Under the pieces are notes generated by a model, which was not told the origin of the DNA, made no database searches, and was given only the letters and a program-made list of their open reading frames with translations. From an uncultured Alphaproteobacteria bacterium (GTDB lineage Bacteria; Pseudomonadota; Alphaproteobacteria; Methylaequorales; Methylaequoraceae): a stretch of 64,000 nt of DNA. Location: NCBI GenBank assembly GCA_902526175.1, contig CABZJY010000001.1, forward strand, positions 134,698 to 198,697, written 5' to 3'. Positions 52,204-63,098 of the stretch are shown in pieces. Position 1 is the stretch's first letter. Every line of letters begins with the position of its first letter. Both the position numbers and the translations under genes were made by a program.

Positions 52204-52274
52204 TTCTAACTGATCTATTTTTAGGCGTAGAAAAAAAAAAAAAAAATTATATAATATCCCTCTAGGATAGTTAT

Positions 52275-52751
52275 ATGAGTGAAAAGTTTCCAATGACATT
52301 AGAGGGCCTTGAAAAGCTTAAGTCAGAGTTAGAGGATCTAAAAAATAACCAAAGACCAGAGGTTATCAAAGCGATAGCAGAAGCAAGAGAGCACGGAGAT
52401 TTATCTGAAAATGCTGAGTATCATGCGGCGAGAGAAAAACAAGGGTTTATTGAAGGCAAAATAAATGAATTAGAAAATAAGGTTAGTAGGGCAGAGGTGA
52501 TCGATCCCAAGAAAGTTAAAAGTGAAACAGTAACTTTTGGTGCTACAGTTGTAATAGTTGATTTAGAAACAGAGATCAAATCAGAATATAAAATTGTTGG
52601 AGTTGATGAATCAGACATTGAAAAAAAATTAATTTCAATTAACGCACCATTATGTAAAGCGATGATAAACAAAAAAATTAATGATACATTTGAGGTACAA
52701 ACTCCAAATGGTTTGAAAGAATATCTAATAAAAACTATATCATTTAAATGA
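52275..52751 (+). CDS. greA: Transcription elongation factor GreA
   Basis: [16 protein letters not shown]. Confidence 0.98.
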   Translation: MSEKFPMTLEGLEKLKSELEDLKNNQRPEVIKAIAEAREHGDLSENAEYHAAREKQGFIEGKINELENKVSRAEVIDPKKVKSETVTFGATVVIVDLETEIKSEYKIVGVDESDIEKKLISINAPLCKAMINKKINDTFEVQTPNGLKEYLIKTISFK

Positions 52752-53698
52752 ATTCAAATAAAACAGAGAAGGTTATAATTATTGGATCTGGCCCTGCTGG
52801 GTACACTGCCGCAATTTATGCAGCCAGATCTGGTTTGAACCCACTAATAATATCTGGACTAGAACCGGGCGGACAATTAATGATAACTACTGATGTTGAA
52901 AATTTTCCTGGTTTTGAAAGTGCAATTCAAGGGCCTTGGTTAATGGATCAAATGCAAAAACAAGCTTTAGCCGTTGGGGCCAAAATCAAATATGATACAG
53001 TTAAAACAGTCGATTTTCAAAATTTTCCGTTTGAAGTAGTGACTGAAAAAAATGACTTCATAAAAACTTATTCAGTAATTATTTCCACTGGTGCAAGTGC
53101 GAGATGGCTAAATGTAGATGGAGAAGATAATTTTAAAGGTTTTGGAATATCTGCATGCGCAACTTGTGATGGCTTTTTCTATAAGAACAAAAATGTAGCT
53201 GTAGTTGGAGGAGGCAATACCGCAGTTGAGGAGGCACTCTATCTTTCAAATATGTGTAGAAAGGTCACACTGATTCATAGAAGAGAAAAATTAAGGGCAG
53301 AAAAAATACTTCAAGATAGATTAATGAGAAAAAAAAATATTGATTTTATGTGGAATAAAAAGGTTACTAAATTTATTGGTACCAAAAATCCTAAGGTTTT
53401 AACCCAGATAAATATTTATGATGTTTTAGAAAAAAAAGAAAGTTCAATGGAAGTTGATGGAGTATTTGTTGCCATAGGGCACAGTCCAGCAACAAAAATA
53501 TTTAAGAATCAAATCCCAATGGATGATAGTGGATACATACATACAACTGATAACTTAACAAAAACGAAAATTGAGGGAGTATTTGCAGCTGGTGATGTCA
53601 CAGATAAAGTATATAGACAAGCTGTCACTGCAGCTGGTTACGGTTGTATGAGTGCTATAGAAGTAGAAAACTTTTTAAGTAAAAAAAATATTATTTAG
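52748..53698 (+). CDS. trxB: Thioredoxin reductase
   Basis: [31 protein letters not shown]. Confidence 0.98.
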   Translation: MNSNKTEKVIIIGSGPAGYTAAIYAARSGLNPLIISGLEPGGQLMITTDVENFPGFESAIQGPWLMDQMQKQALAVGAKIKYDTVKTVDFQNFPFEVVTEKNDFIKTYSVIISTGASARWLNVDGEDNFKGFGISACATCDGFFYKNKNVAVVGGGNTAVEEALYLSNMCRKVTLIHRREKLRAEKILQDRLMRKKNIDFMWNKKVTKFIGTKNPKVLTQINIYDVLEKKESSMEVDGVFVAIGHSPATKIFKNQIPMDDSGYIHTTDNLTKTKIEGVFAAGDVTDKVYRQAVTAAGYGCMSAIEVENFLSKKNII

Positions 53699-54602
53699 AC
53701 TTTATCCCCTCTATGATTTTATTGTGTGCGTCGCACGATATTGAAAAATCTTTACCCATTGAAACAACGCTACCCGAAAGCCAATCTAATTCTAGTTTTT
53801 TTTTCTTTTTAAAATCCATGAACATTGATGAAGTCAAATTTCTTGGCATTTTAGATATTCTTTCTATCCATACTTCAATAGGGTTATAATCAAATCTTAT
53901 ACTCTTTTTCTTAGATAATAAAAAAGTCTCTTCCATAGCTTTTATAAAAAGGTCTCTGTATTTTTTGTCATCAAAAATTTCCCCTATTGTCATCTCAGTA
54001 AGTGTAGTAATTCCACTATATGCAGACAAAAAAATAAATTTATCCCAAATTTTTTGAGATATTTTATTTGAATATCTAAAGTCAATACCAAGGTCATTTA
54101 CTTTTTCTGAAAATTGAATAATTTTATTTTCATAATTATTTCTAGCAATTATTTTTCCTACAAAAAAGGAAGCTAACTTACCGTTATGAATAATTTGTTT
54201 TTTGTCATCTAAAAAAGATGAAATTTGTGCAACAGCTCCAAAAACTTTTTCTTTTCCAAATTTTTTTTTTATCATACTTTCGGCAATTACTCCGTTTTGA
54301 AACGGCAATATAGTAAAATCACCCTTTGCGTATTTTTTTAGTTCATTTAATGAATCTTCTAAGTCATAAAGTTTTACTGCCAAAATCACAATATCCAGTT
54401 CAGGACATTTTTTAATATTATTTAGAAGATTAATTTCTTTACATTCAATATTTTCAATTTCACTTTTTAAAATTAGTCCATTTTGGTTAAATTTCTGGAA
54501 GGTTTTTCCCCTGGCTAAAAAAAAAATTTGGAAATTTGATTTTAATAAGAAAGCTCCTAAAAATCCGCCAATTCCACCAGATCCATATATTAAAATATTC
54601 AT
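53691..54602 (-). CDS. panE: 2-dehydropantoate 2-reductase (PanE/ApbA family)
   Basis: GSGGIGG, LAVK, FQNG, WDKF, SSMFMD, LELDWLSG. Confidence 0.88.
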   Translation of the reverse strand: MNILIYGSGGIGGFLGAFLLKSNFQIFFLARGKTFQKFNQNGLILKSEIENIECKEINLLNNIKKCPELDIVILAVKLYDLEDSLNELKKYAKGDFTILPFQNGVIAESMIKKKFGKEKVFGAVAQISSFLDDKKQIIHNGKLASFFVGKIIARNNYENKIIQFSEKVNDLGIDFRYSNKISQKIWDKFIFLSAYSGITTLTEMTIGEIFDDKKYRDLFIKAMEETFLLSKKKSIRFDYNPIEVWIERISKMPRNLTSSMFMDFKKKKKLELDWLSGSVVSMGKDFSISCDAHNKIIEGIKSK

Positions 54603-54603
54603 A

Positions 54604-55806
54604 TTATTTTAAAAGAGAAATTGCTGAGTCAATGTTATCGCAAGCTTTTTCCAGTAGCTCCATAGATGAGGCATATGATATTCTAAAGTAAGGAGAAGCA
54701 CCAAATGCTTTCCCAGGAACTACAGCTACTCCTGCAAATTCGAGAATAAAATTTGAAAAATCAACGTCGTCTGAAATGACTCTACCATCTGGAGATTTTT
54801 TACCTAATATACCTTTACATGATGTAAACATATAAAATGCTCCATCAGGCTTGATACACTCTAATCCCTGAATTTTATTGAATTTTTCATGTATAAAGTC
54901 CCTTCTCTTCAAAAACTCAAAAATCCATTTTGGCAAAAATTTTTTTTCAGAATTTAATGCACTTATAGCAGCCATTTGACTAATTGATGTTGGGTTTGTA
55001 GTTGATTGTGACTGAATCTTAGCAATGGACTTAATAATTTCATTTGAACCCGCTCCATAACCAATTCGCCATCCAGTCATTGAAAATCCTTTTGAGACTC
55101 CATTTACAATAAAAGCTCTTCTATATAATTTTGGTTCAAGATTAATGATATTGTGAAAATTTTTTTCACCATAAATTATATATTCATAAATATCATCTGA
55201 TAGAATATTGACATGATCATATTTCATTAAAACTTCAGAAATTTCTTTTAATTCAGTATCTGTGTATACAATTCCGGTTGGATTTGAAGGTGAGTTCATA
55301 ATAAACCATTTAGTTTTCTTTGATATTTTTTCTTCTAATTGCTTAGCAGTAATCTTAAACTTTGACTCTAAGCTTGTTTGCAATATTATTGGTTTTCCCT
55401 TACATAGTAAAATTATATCTGGATAAGAAACCCAATAAGGTGAAGGAATGATTACTTCATCTCCATCATCAATTGTTGACATAAAAAGGTTATAAATTAC
55501 ATGCTTACCTCCGACGCCTACTGTAATCTGATCGGTATTGTAATTAAGTTTATTTTCATTCCATAATTTTTTTTTTATAGCTTTTTTTAAATCTAATATT
55601 CCATCAACAGGAGTATATTTTGTGAAATTATTTCTTATGGCTTTAATAGCTTCAGTTTTAATCTCATCAGGTGTATCAAAATCTGGCTCCCCAGAACTTA
55701 AACTTATAATATCTTTTCCTTTAGATCTTAAATCTCTTGCTTTTTGTGATATTTCTACTGTAACAGAGGGTTGAAATCTGCTTATTCTTTTAGATAAAAG
55801 ACTCAT
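54604..55806 (-). CDS. Aspartate aminotransferase (class I/II PLP enzyme)
   Basis: GEPDFDTP, PYWVSY, NSPSNPTG, SDDIYE, GVSKGFSMTGWRIG. Confidence 0.94.
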   Translation of the reverse strand: MSLLSKRISRFQPSVTVEISQKARDLRSKGKDIISLSSGEPDFDTPDEIKTEAIKAIRNNFTKYTPVDGILDLKKAIKKKLWNENKLNYNTDQITVGVGGKHVIYNLFMSTIDDGDEVIIPSPYWVSYPDIILLCKGKPIILQTSLESKFKITAKQLEEKISKKTKWFIMNSPSNPTGIVYTDTELKEISEVLMKYDHVNILSDDIYEYIIYGEKNFHNIINLEPKLYRRAFIVNGVSKGFSMTGWRIGYGAGSNEIIKSIAKIQSQSTTNPTSISQMAAISALNSEKKFLPKWIFEFLKRRDFIHEKFNKIQGLECIKPDGAFYMFTSCKGILGKKSPDGRVISDDVDFSNFILEFAGVAVVPGKAFGASPYFRISYASSMELLEKACDNIDSAISLLK

Positions 55807-55883
55807 TAATTTAAGAGGATATTAAAATTTAAATCTATAATTTGTTAATTATATATTATACTAATAATATTGAAATAAAAAAA

Positions 55884-57896
55884 ATGACTATTTCTTTAAA
55901 AAAATTTAAGCCAACATTTGATATTACTAATTCAAGAAGATTTGAACTTGCTTCAGATTTTTCTCCAGATGGGGATCAGCCCAGAGCAATAGAAAATTTA
56001 TGTAGAGGACTTATAAAAAAACAAAATGATCAAGTTCTTTTAGGTGTAACAGGTTCGGGAAAAACATTTACTATGGCAAATGTGATTTCAGAATTACAAA
56101 GACCTGCTTTGGTATTTGCTCCTAATAAAATTTTAGCAGCACAGCTTTTTAGTGAAATGAAAAATTTTTTTCCTAATAATGCTGTAGAGTATTTTGTATC
56201 ATATTATGATTATTATACCCCAGAAGCATATGTTCCACGTACAGATACTTATATTGAAAAAGAATCATCAATAAATGAACAAATTGATAGGATGCGACAC
56301 TCTGCTACAAGATCTCTGCTGGAAAGAAAAGATACTATAATTGTTGCAAGTGTTTCTTGTATTTACGGAATTGGATCCGTTCAATCATATTCCTCAATGA
56401 CATTTAAAATTAATAAAGAAACAAAACACAATCTCGATGAAATAAAAAAAAAACTAGTTGAATTACAATACAAACGAAACGACCAAAATTTTGTGCGTGG
56501 AACATTTAGAAATCGAGGTGATATTTTAGAGATATATCCAGCTCATCAAGAAGACAGGGCTTGGAGAATATCTTTTTTTGGAGAAAGTATTGAAGATATT
56601 GACGAATTTGATCCTTTAACTGGCAAAATTTACGGAAATTTGAATAATGTTATTGTATATGCAAACAGTCATTATGTTACTCCAAAACCATCCTTAAATA
56701 ATGCTATTAGGGAGATAAAAAAAGAGCTTGTGGATAGAATTGACTTTTTCACTCAAGAAAAAAAACTTATAGAAGCTCAGAGAATTGAAGAAAGAACAAA
56801 TTTTGATTTAGAAATGATGGTTGCTACAGGGAGTTGTTCTGGAATTGAAAATTATTCTAGACATCTTACTGGTAGAAAAGAAGGTGAACCTCCCCCTACT
56901 TTATTTGAATATTTACCTGATGATATAATTCTCTTCGTTGATGAATCTCATGTAACAATACCTCAAATAGGCGGAATGTATAAAGGGGACAGATCACGAA
57001 AGGAAACCTTGGCTAATTTTGGTTTCAGACTTCCCTCATGTAAAGATAATAGACCTTTAAAGTTTGAGGAATGGATAAAATTTAAAGGACAGACTGTTTA
57101 TGTTTCGGCAACACCCGGCACATGGGAACTTAGTCAAACATCAGGTGTAATAGTCGAGCAAGTTGTAAGGCCAACTGGTCTAGTTGACCCTAAGTGCTTT
57201 GTAAAACCAGCCAAAAACCAGATTGAAGATCTTATGTATGAATGTAAAAAAGTTGTTGATAAGGGATTTAGAGTATTAGTAACTACGTTAACAAAAAAAG
57301 ATGCTGAAAAAATTACTGACTATTTTAATGAAAATCTTCATAAAACAAAATACATGCATTCTGATATTGACACATTAGAAAGGATGGAAATTATTAAAGA
57401 TTTGAGGACTGGTAAATTTGATATTTTAGTGGGTATAAATTTGCTTCGTGAAGGTCTCGATATCCCTGAATGCGGGTTAGTTGCAATTCTTGATGCTGAT
57501 AAAGAAGGTTTTTTAAGATCTCATGTTTCATTAATTCAAACTATAGGAAGAGCTGCAAGAAATGTTGATAGTAAGGTAATTTTATATGCTGATGAAAAGA
57601 CAAAATCAATTTGTAAAGCAATTGAAGAAACAGAAAGAAGGAGAAAAAAACAACAGTTACATAATGAAAAATATGGAATTTCTCCAAAATCAACTACAAG
57701 AAAAATTTTAGATCTAGATGAAAATAAAACCGTATTAAAAAAAGAGACAGAAGTCATTGGCAATAACTTAAATCAACACATTGATATCTTAAAGAAACAA
57801 ATGTTAGAAGAAGCTGAAAACTTAAATTTTGAAAAAGCTGCAACTCTTAGAGATGAGATAAACAAACTTCAAAAAAAGGATTTAGGGATAAAGTGA
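55884..57896 (+). CDS. uvrB: Excinuclease ABC subunit B
   Basis: GVTGSGKT, FVSYYDYY, DESH, GFRLPS..DNRPL, QTIGRAAR; start ATG 55884. Confidence 0.98.
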   Translation: MTISLKKFKPTFDITNSRRFELASDFSPDGDQPRAIENLCRGLIKKQNDQVLLGVTGSGKTFTMANVISELQRPALVFAPNKILAAQLFSEMKNFFPNNAVEYFVSYYDYYTPEAYVPRTDTYIEKESSINEQIDRMRHSATRSLLERKDTIIVASVSCIYGIGSVQSYSSMTFKINKETKHNLDEIKKKLVELQYKRNDQNFVRGTFRNRGDILEIYPAHQEDRAWRISFFGESIEDIDEFDPLTGKIYGNLNNVIVYANSHYVTPKPSLNNAIREIKKELVDRIDFFTQEKKLIEAQRIEERTNFDLEMMVATGSCSGIENYSRHLTGRKEGEPPPTLFEYLPDDIILFVDESHVTIPQIGGMYKGDRSRKETLANFGFRLPSCKDNRPLKFEEWIKFKGQTVYVSATPGTWELSQTSGVIVEQVVRPTGLVDPKCFVKPAKNQIEDLMYECKKVVDKGFRVLVTTLTKKDAEKITDYFNENLHKTKYMHSDIDTLERMEIIKDLRTGKFDILVGINLLREGLDIPECGLVAILDADKEGFLRSHVSLIQTIGRAARNVDSKVILYADEKTKSICKAIEETERRRKKQQLHNEKYGISPKSTTRKILDLDENKTVLKKETEVIGNNLNQHIDILKKQMLEEAENLNFEKAATLRDEINKLQKKDLGIK

Positions 57897-58648
57897 CTAA
57901 AACTGCACTTATAACGGGGGGGGCAAAAAGAGTTGGGCTATCTATAGCAAAACATTTAGCCTCAAAAGGATTTAACATTGCAATTCACTATAATTCTTCA
58001 GAAATTGATTCAAAAAAAATAGTTGATGAGTTAAAAAAAAAAAAAACTATTGTTGAGAGATTTAAACTTGATTTAGCTAAGACCAACTCAATAGAAAAGT
58101 TTTTTACTAAAATAAAAAATCATTTTGGAAAAATTGACTTATTAGTAAATAACGCATCTGTGTTTGAATACGATTCCTTAAAATCTAGTTCAATGGATAG
58201 TTATAACAAACATATGGATATCAATTTGAAAGCTCCATTTTTTTTAAGTAAATATTTTCATGAATATTTAAGAAATAAAGAGGGTAATATTATTAATATA
58301 TTAGATCAAAGGGTTGTAAATATTACCCCTTACTTTATATCATACACTCTAAGCAAATCAGCATTATGGACACTCACCCAAAGTTTAGCACTTTCACTTG
58401 CGCCGAAAATCAGAGTTAATGCTATAGGATTGGGTCCAACTTTAAAAAGTTATAGACAAACCAAAAAACAATTTGATCAACAAATAATGAGAACCCCTTT
58501 AAAAAAACAAGTAAAATTATCAGAAATTAATAATACAATTGATTTAATTCTAAATTCTGAGTCAATTACCGGGCAGCTTTTTCTTTTAGATAGTGGCCAA
58601 AACCTTGGCTGGGCAAACACAAGATCAAAAAAATTTATAGAAGATTAA
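57893..58648 (+). CDS. SDR oxidoreductase (pteridine reductase-like)
   Basis: TGGAKRVG, VNNAS, YTLSK (YxxxK), RVNAIG; conserved position upstream of uvrC. Confidence 0.9.
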   Translation: MTKTALITGGAKRVGLSIAKHLASKGFNIAIHYNSSEIDSKKIVDELKKKKTIVERFKLDLAKTNSIEKFFTKIKNHFGKIDLLVNNASVFEYDSLKSSSMDSYNKHMDINLKAPFFLSKYFHEYLRNKEGNIINILDQRVVNITPYFISYTLSKSALWTLTQSLALSLAPKIRVNAIGLGPTLKSYRQTKKQFDQQIMRTPLKKQVKLSEINNTIDLILNSESITGQLFLLDSGQNLGWANTRSKKFIED

Positions 58649-58671
58649 AAAAAAACTTGACAAGGCATAAG

Positions 58672-58891
58672 TTGTTCACACCAGTTTTTCATTTAATTTT
58701 TGTTATTTATATACTATGCAAAAAAAAAATACTCAGTTAAATGAGATGGATTATTAATAAATATGTAGTGAATTCAATGGTTTATAAAATTGCTTATTTT
58801 TTAGGCATATTTTATAAATCCTTGAAGTAATTACTGTTTAATAAAATTTACAACAAATATAAACAAAGTTATCCACAATTTTGGTGGATAG
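58672..58891. promoter_or_regulatory. DnaA-box-containing intergenic region
   Basis: Perfect TTATCCACA (58869-58877); inverted 2-mismatch box GGTGGATAG (58883-58891); 2-mismatch TTGTTCACA (58672-58680). Confidence 0.6.
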
Positions 58892-58932
58892 TTTTTTTTT
58901 TATTTTTTATATAATATTATTAATAAAAAAGA

Positions 58933-60771
58933 ATGATAAAGAGTTTGGAAAATAACATTGAAAATGGACTTGATATGATCAAGGATTCGCTGCTTTCATG
59001 CCCTAAAACACCTGGTGTATATATTTTTAGTAATAAAAATGAAGTATTATACATTGGGAAAGCAAAAAATTTATTTAAAAGGGTTAAGTCCTATTTAGGG
59101 TTTACTTCTCAAACAAGAAGAATAAAAAAAATGATTTCCTATGCTACAAATCTTAAATTCATAAATACTCATACAGAGTCAGATGCTTTATTACTGGAAG
59201 CTAATCTTATAAAGAAACACAAGCCGATATTCAATATTAGGCTTATAGATGATAAAAGTTTTCCATATATACTAATAAGTAAGAGTAATAACTGGTCACG
59301 CCTGCAAGTAATTAGAGGACAAAAAAAAAATAAAGGATTTTATTTTGGCCCTTTTTCCAGTCCATCAGCTGTAAGAAATGTAATTTCAACTATTGAGAAA
59401 GGTTTTTTAATAAGAAATTGTAATGATAATTTTTTTAAAAATAGAAAAAGACCATGTATGCAATATCAGATTAAAAGATGCTCGGCGCCGTGTGTTGATC
59501 TTATAGAAAACAGAGATTATGAAAAACAAACTGAACAAGCCATTTCGTTTTTAAAAGGTGATGATAAGAAAGTTAAAGAAACCTTGATTCGTATGATGTT
59601 CAATTATAGTAAAAATCAAAATTTTGAAGAAGCAGCAAAAATTCGAGATAGGATAAAATCATTATCAAAAATTAATTTAAAAAACTTTTCAGTAATTAAT
59701 GAGAAATCGAATTTTGATATTATGTGTTTTGCAGAATCTAATAATTCAATTTTTGTACAGGTATTCTTTTTTAGGAATGGAAAAAATTTAGGGAATAAAG
59801 AATATAGGTTCCTTAATAGTAAAGAAAAGGAATTTGATGATTGCATCAGAGACTTTATTGCAACATTTTACTTTCGCCATGAATCTCCATCAGAAATCAT
59901 AATAAATAAAAATATTTCAAAACTGGGTGTGATAGAAGAAGCAATAAAGAAGTTAAAACAAAAAAAAACTACAATTCAGTTTGCAAAAAAAGGACAAAAA
60001 AAAGATCTTCTAATGATTGTTGAAAAGAATCTTGAAAACTCGATTAAAAGATACTTACAAAGTAGTTTACAAAACGAAAAAATTCTTAAAGATTTAAAAC
60101 TAACTTTTGATTTAAAAAAAATTCCAAAAAGAATTGAAGTTTTTGACAACAGTCACTTAAACGGACAAAATCCAACTGGTGCCATGATAGTTTTTGAAAA
60201 TGGTAAATTTGACAAAAGTAGTTATAGGAAATTTAATATAAAAGATATAGAAAAAACAAATGATGACTATCTGATGATGAAACAAGTTTTGCAAAGAAGA
60301 TTTAATTTACAAAAAAACAAAAATACATGGAAAAATGTTTTACCTGATTTAGTTCTAATAGATGGTGGAAAAGGGCATTTAAATATTGCTGAGGATATTT
60401 TAAAGAATTTCAAAAGCATTGAATTTGTTGCTATTGCTAAAGGAAAAAATAGGAATAAAGGAAATGAGTCTTTTTTTATGAAAAATAAATATTTTAAATT
60501 AAAAGAGAATAGTCATTCACTTTTTTTTCTACAAAACTTAAGGGATGAGGCTCATAGATTTGCAATTACAACACAAAGGACTAAAAGAACGAAAAATATT
60601 TATAATTCTGCGTTTGATGATCTAAATGGTATTGGTGGAAAATTAAAAAAATTACTATTAAGTCATTTTGGTTCACTTGAGGGTGTAAAAACAGCTGGTT
60701 TAAAGGATCTTAAAAAAGTACCAGGAATCGGTAATATTTTAGCAAAAAAAGTATATGATGAATTTAATTAA
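58933..60771 (+). CDS. uvrC: Excinuclease ABC subunit C
   Basis: PGVY..LYIGKAKNL..R GIY-YIG, Cys cluster, RIEVFDNSH, IDGGKG, RDEAHRFA, HhH tail. Confidence 0.97.
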   Translation: MIKSLENNIENGLDMIKDSLLSCPKTPGVYIFSNKNEVLYIGKAKNLFKRVKSYLGFTSQTRRIKKMISYATNLKFINTHTESDALLLEANLIKKHKPIFNIRLIDDKSFPYILISKSNNWSRLQVIRGQKKNKGFYFGPFSSPSAVRNVISTIEKGFLIRNCNDNFFKNRKRPCMQYQIKRCSAPCVDLIENRDYEKQTEQAISFLKGDDKKVKETLIRMMFNYSKNQNFEEAAKIRDRIKSLSKINLKNFSVINEKSNFDIMCFAESNNSIFVQVFFFRNGKNLGNKEYRFLNSKEKEFDDCIRDFIATFYFRHESPSEIIINKNISKLGVIEEAIKKLKQKKTTIQFAKKGQKKDLLMIVEKNLENSIKRYLQSSLQNEKILKDLKLTFDLKKIPKRIEVFDNSHLNGQNPTGAMIVFENGKFDKSSYRKFNIKDIEKTNDDYLMMKQVLQRRFNLQKNKNTWKNVLPDLVLIDGGKGHLNIAEDILKNFKSIEFVAIAKGKNRNKGNESFFMKNKYFKLKENSHSLFFLQNLRDEAHRFAITTQRTKRTKNIYNSAFDDLNGIGGKLKKLLLSHFGSLEGVKTAGLKDLKKVPGIGNILAKKVYDEFN

Positions 60772-61336
60772 ATCCTTAAAATTATCAGATATTCCAAATT
60801 TATTGACTGTATTCAGAATATTCTCTATTCCAATTATAATTCTTTGCCTTTTACCACAAACAGTTTTTTTTAACTGGGTAGCACTCATTTTTTACGGACT
60901 TGCCTGCATAACAGATTTTTTTGACGGATTTCTTGCAAGAAGATTTTCTGTAGAGTCCTCATTTGGAAAGTTTTTTGATCCAGTAGCTGATAAAATTCTA
61001 GTAATTTCAGTAATTTTCATTTTAGTTGCAATTTCAAAAATTGATGGTTTGTTGATTTATCCATCATTAATAATAATAATCAGAGAGGTTCTTGTTTCAG
61101 GGTTAAGAGATTCTGCACCAAATAACCTATCAAATTTGAATGTAACAAAATTGTCTAAAGTGAAAACATTATTACAAATGTTTTCACTTGCATTTTTAAT
61201 AATTGGTGAAGATTTTAAACTAATAAATGGATTATTCATGATTGGTCAAATTGGTATTTGGATTTCATCCTTAATAACTATTTACACTGGGTACATCTAT
61301 TTCAAAAATAATTTTAATCTTTTTAAAAATGACTGA
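60755..61336 (+). CDS. pgsA: CDP-diacylglycerol--glycerol-3-phosphate 3-phosphatidyltransferase
   Basis: IPNLLTVFR, TDFFDGFLAR...GKFFDPVADK, REVLVSGLR. Confidence 0.95.
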   Translation: MMNLIKSLKLSDIPNLLTVFRIFSIPIIILCLLPQTVFFNWVALIFYGLACITDFFDGFLARRFSVESSFGKFFDPVADKILVISVIFILVAISKIDGLLIYPSLIIIIREVLVSGLRDSAPNNLSNLNVTKLSKVKTLLQMFSLAFLIIGEDFKLINGLFMIGQIGIWISSLITIYTGYIYFKNNFNLFKND

Positions 61337-61844
61337 TATTTTTGGAATATGCGGCTGGAGTGGCAGCGGTAAAACCGACTTAATTTGTAGATTACTAAAA
61401 TATTTTACTAAACAAAAATTAATTGTATCAACAATCAAGCATACCCACCATAATTTTGAAATTGATAAAAAGGGTAAGGATAGTTTTAAACATAGAGAAA
61501 ACGGAGCTTATGAAGTTTTAATAGGTGGGTCAAATAACTTTGCTTTAATCCATTCTGGAATTAAATCAACTGAATATAATATCCATAATCTCAAAAAAAA
61601 GTTATCAAAAGAAAATGATTTAATTTTAGTAGAAGGATTCAAAAAAAGTGATTTACCAAAAATTGAAGTATACTACAGTTGTTTAAACAAAGAAGTTTTG
61701 TGGGAAAATAATAAAAGCATAAAAGCACTTGTTTATGATATTGATGACAATATTGTACAAAGATGTAGTCTTCCAAAATATAAATTTGAGGAAACAAAAA
61801 AAATAGCTGATTTTATTTCTAAGTTTCTAAAATTAAAGATATGA
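61329..61844 (+). CDS. mobB: Molybdopterin-guanine dinucleotide biosynthesis protein B
   Basis: GWSGSGKT, KHTHH..D..GKDS..H..GA, LVEGFK. Confidence 0.94.
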   Translation: MTDIFGICGWSGSGKTDLICRLLKYFTKQKLIVSTIKHTHHNFEIDKKGKDSFKHRENGAYEVLIGGSNNFALIHSGIKSTEYNIHNLKKKLSKENDLILVEGFKKSDLPKIEVYYSCLNKEVLWENNKSIKALVYDIDDNIVQRCSLPKYKFEETKKIADFISKFLKLKI

Positions 61845-61859
61845 AAAAATCAAGATTTT

Positions 61860-63098
61860 ATGCATTATAAAGAAAAAAATATAAAAGCAACTAAAGCTGA
61901 GAAAATATTAAGTAAATATGCTTTTCCAATAAAAAAAAAGGAAACAATAAATGTTAAAGATTCTGCTAACAGAATTTTAGCTGAAAATATTGTTTCAAAA
62001 TTTGATATTCCAAAATTTGATAATGCAGCAGTTGACGGGTATGCGTTTAATATCAAAGATGTTAAAGCGAATATAAGAAAATTTGAATTAGTAGGTTCAT
62101 CAAAACCTGGAAAACCTTACAATGGAAAAATTAAACCGGGTCAAGCTATAAAAATTTTTACTGGTGCATTAATATTACCAAAGTTTAAAAATATTATAAA
62201 CGTAGTTGTGATGAAAGAGTTTTGTATAGAGTCGGACAATACAGTGATTCCTTCTGGTGAATTTATATTAGGACAAAATATACGCAAAAAAGGTGAGGAT
62301 ATTAAAAAAGGTAAAATAATTATTAAAATGAGAAGAAAAATAAGGATAGTCGATCTTGGATTTTTATCTTCAATAGGTCTAGAAAAGGTTAAGGTTTTTA
62401 AAAAATTAAGTGTTGGAATTTTTTCAACAGGTGATGAAATTGTCACAAAGGCTACTGGTGACTTAAAAAATAAAATTTTTGACAGTAACATGCTATCTTT
62501 ATTTTCAATGCTTAAGAGATTAGGGTGTGAACCGAAAGATTTAGGAATCATTAAAGATAACTACAAAGACTCTAAAAGAAGTATATTGAAATCTTTAAAA
62601 ATTTGCGATATTTTACTAACAACTGGCGGCATTTCATCCAGTGAAACTGATCAAATTAAAAGATTTATGTTGAAAAATGGTAATATTAAGTTTTCAAAAA
62701 TTGCTATTAAACCAGGAAGACCATTCTCTTTTGCAACTATAAAAAACAAACCCTTATTAGGCCTTCCAGGTAACCCTGTTGCAGTAATAGTTGTTTTCTT
62801 AATGTTTGTAGTGAATTTTATTCGTAAGATTTCTGGAGTTAAAAATCATAAAATCAACTTTAGTTTAATTCCCTCTTCATTTGAGTTTAAAAAAAAAAAA
62901 AATAGAAAAGAATGGATAAGAGGCTCTGAGTTTCAAAAAAATGGTAAATTATTTTTAAAAAAATTTCAAAATGAAGGTTCTGGAATATTATCATCAATTT
63001 TTACAACAGAAGGAATAATTGAATTAGATGAAAAAACAGAATATATAAAAAAAGGAGATCTTTTAAAATTTTACAGATATGAGGATATATTAAATTGA
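61860..63098 (+). CDS. moeA: Molybdopterin molybdotransferase MoeA
   Basis: FDNAAVDGYA, IFTGA, STGDEI, TTGGIS, IKPGRP, GLPGNP. Confidence 0.95.
   Translation: MHYKEKNIKATKAEKILSKYAFPIKKKETINVKDSANRILAENIVSKFDIPKFDNAAVDGYAFNIKDVKANIRKFELVGSSKPGKPYNGKIKPGQAIKIFTGALILPKFKNIINVVVMKEFCIESDNTVIPSGEFILGQNIRKKGEDIKKGKIIIKMRRKIRIVDLGFLSSIGLEKVKVFKKLSVGIFSTGDEIVTKATGDLKNKIFDSNMLSLFSMLKRLGCEPKDLGIIKDNYKDSKRSILKSLKICDILLTTGGISSSETDQIKRFMLKNGNIKFSKIAIKPGRPFSFATIKNKPLLGLPGNPVAVIVVFLMFVVNFIRKISGVKNHKINFSLIPSSFEFKKKKNRKEWIRGSEFQKNGKLFLKKFQNEGSGILSSIFTTEGIIELDEKTEYIKKGDLLKFYRYEDILN

Noticed and set aside
58755-58772. NrdR-box-like AATAAATATGTAGTG
   Set aside because: Lacks the conserved left-half C, has no tandem partner, and no ribonucleotide reductase gene is nearby.
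61841-61870. ATG overlapping the mobB stop, one base out of frame with moeA across an A6 run (possible programmed frameshift)
   Set aside because: moeA has its own ATG at 61860 and loses no conserved motif. Chance or a homopolymer error is equally likely.
38-62551. Many short antisense or alternative-frame ORFs in the track (e.g. 8420-8905, 25518-25958, 32060-32572, 38865-39335, 62141-62551)
   Set aside because: Shadows of well-supported genes on the opposite strand or frame, with F/L/I/S-biased composition and no motifs.
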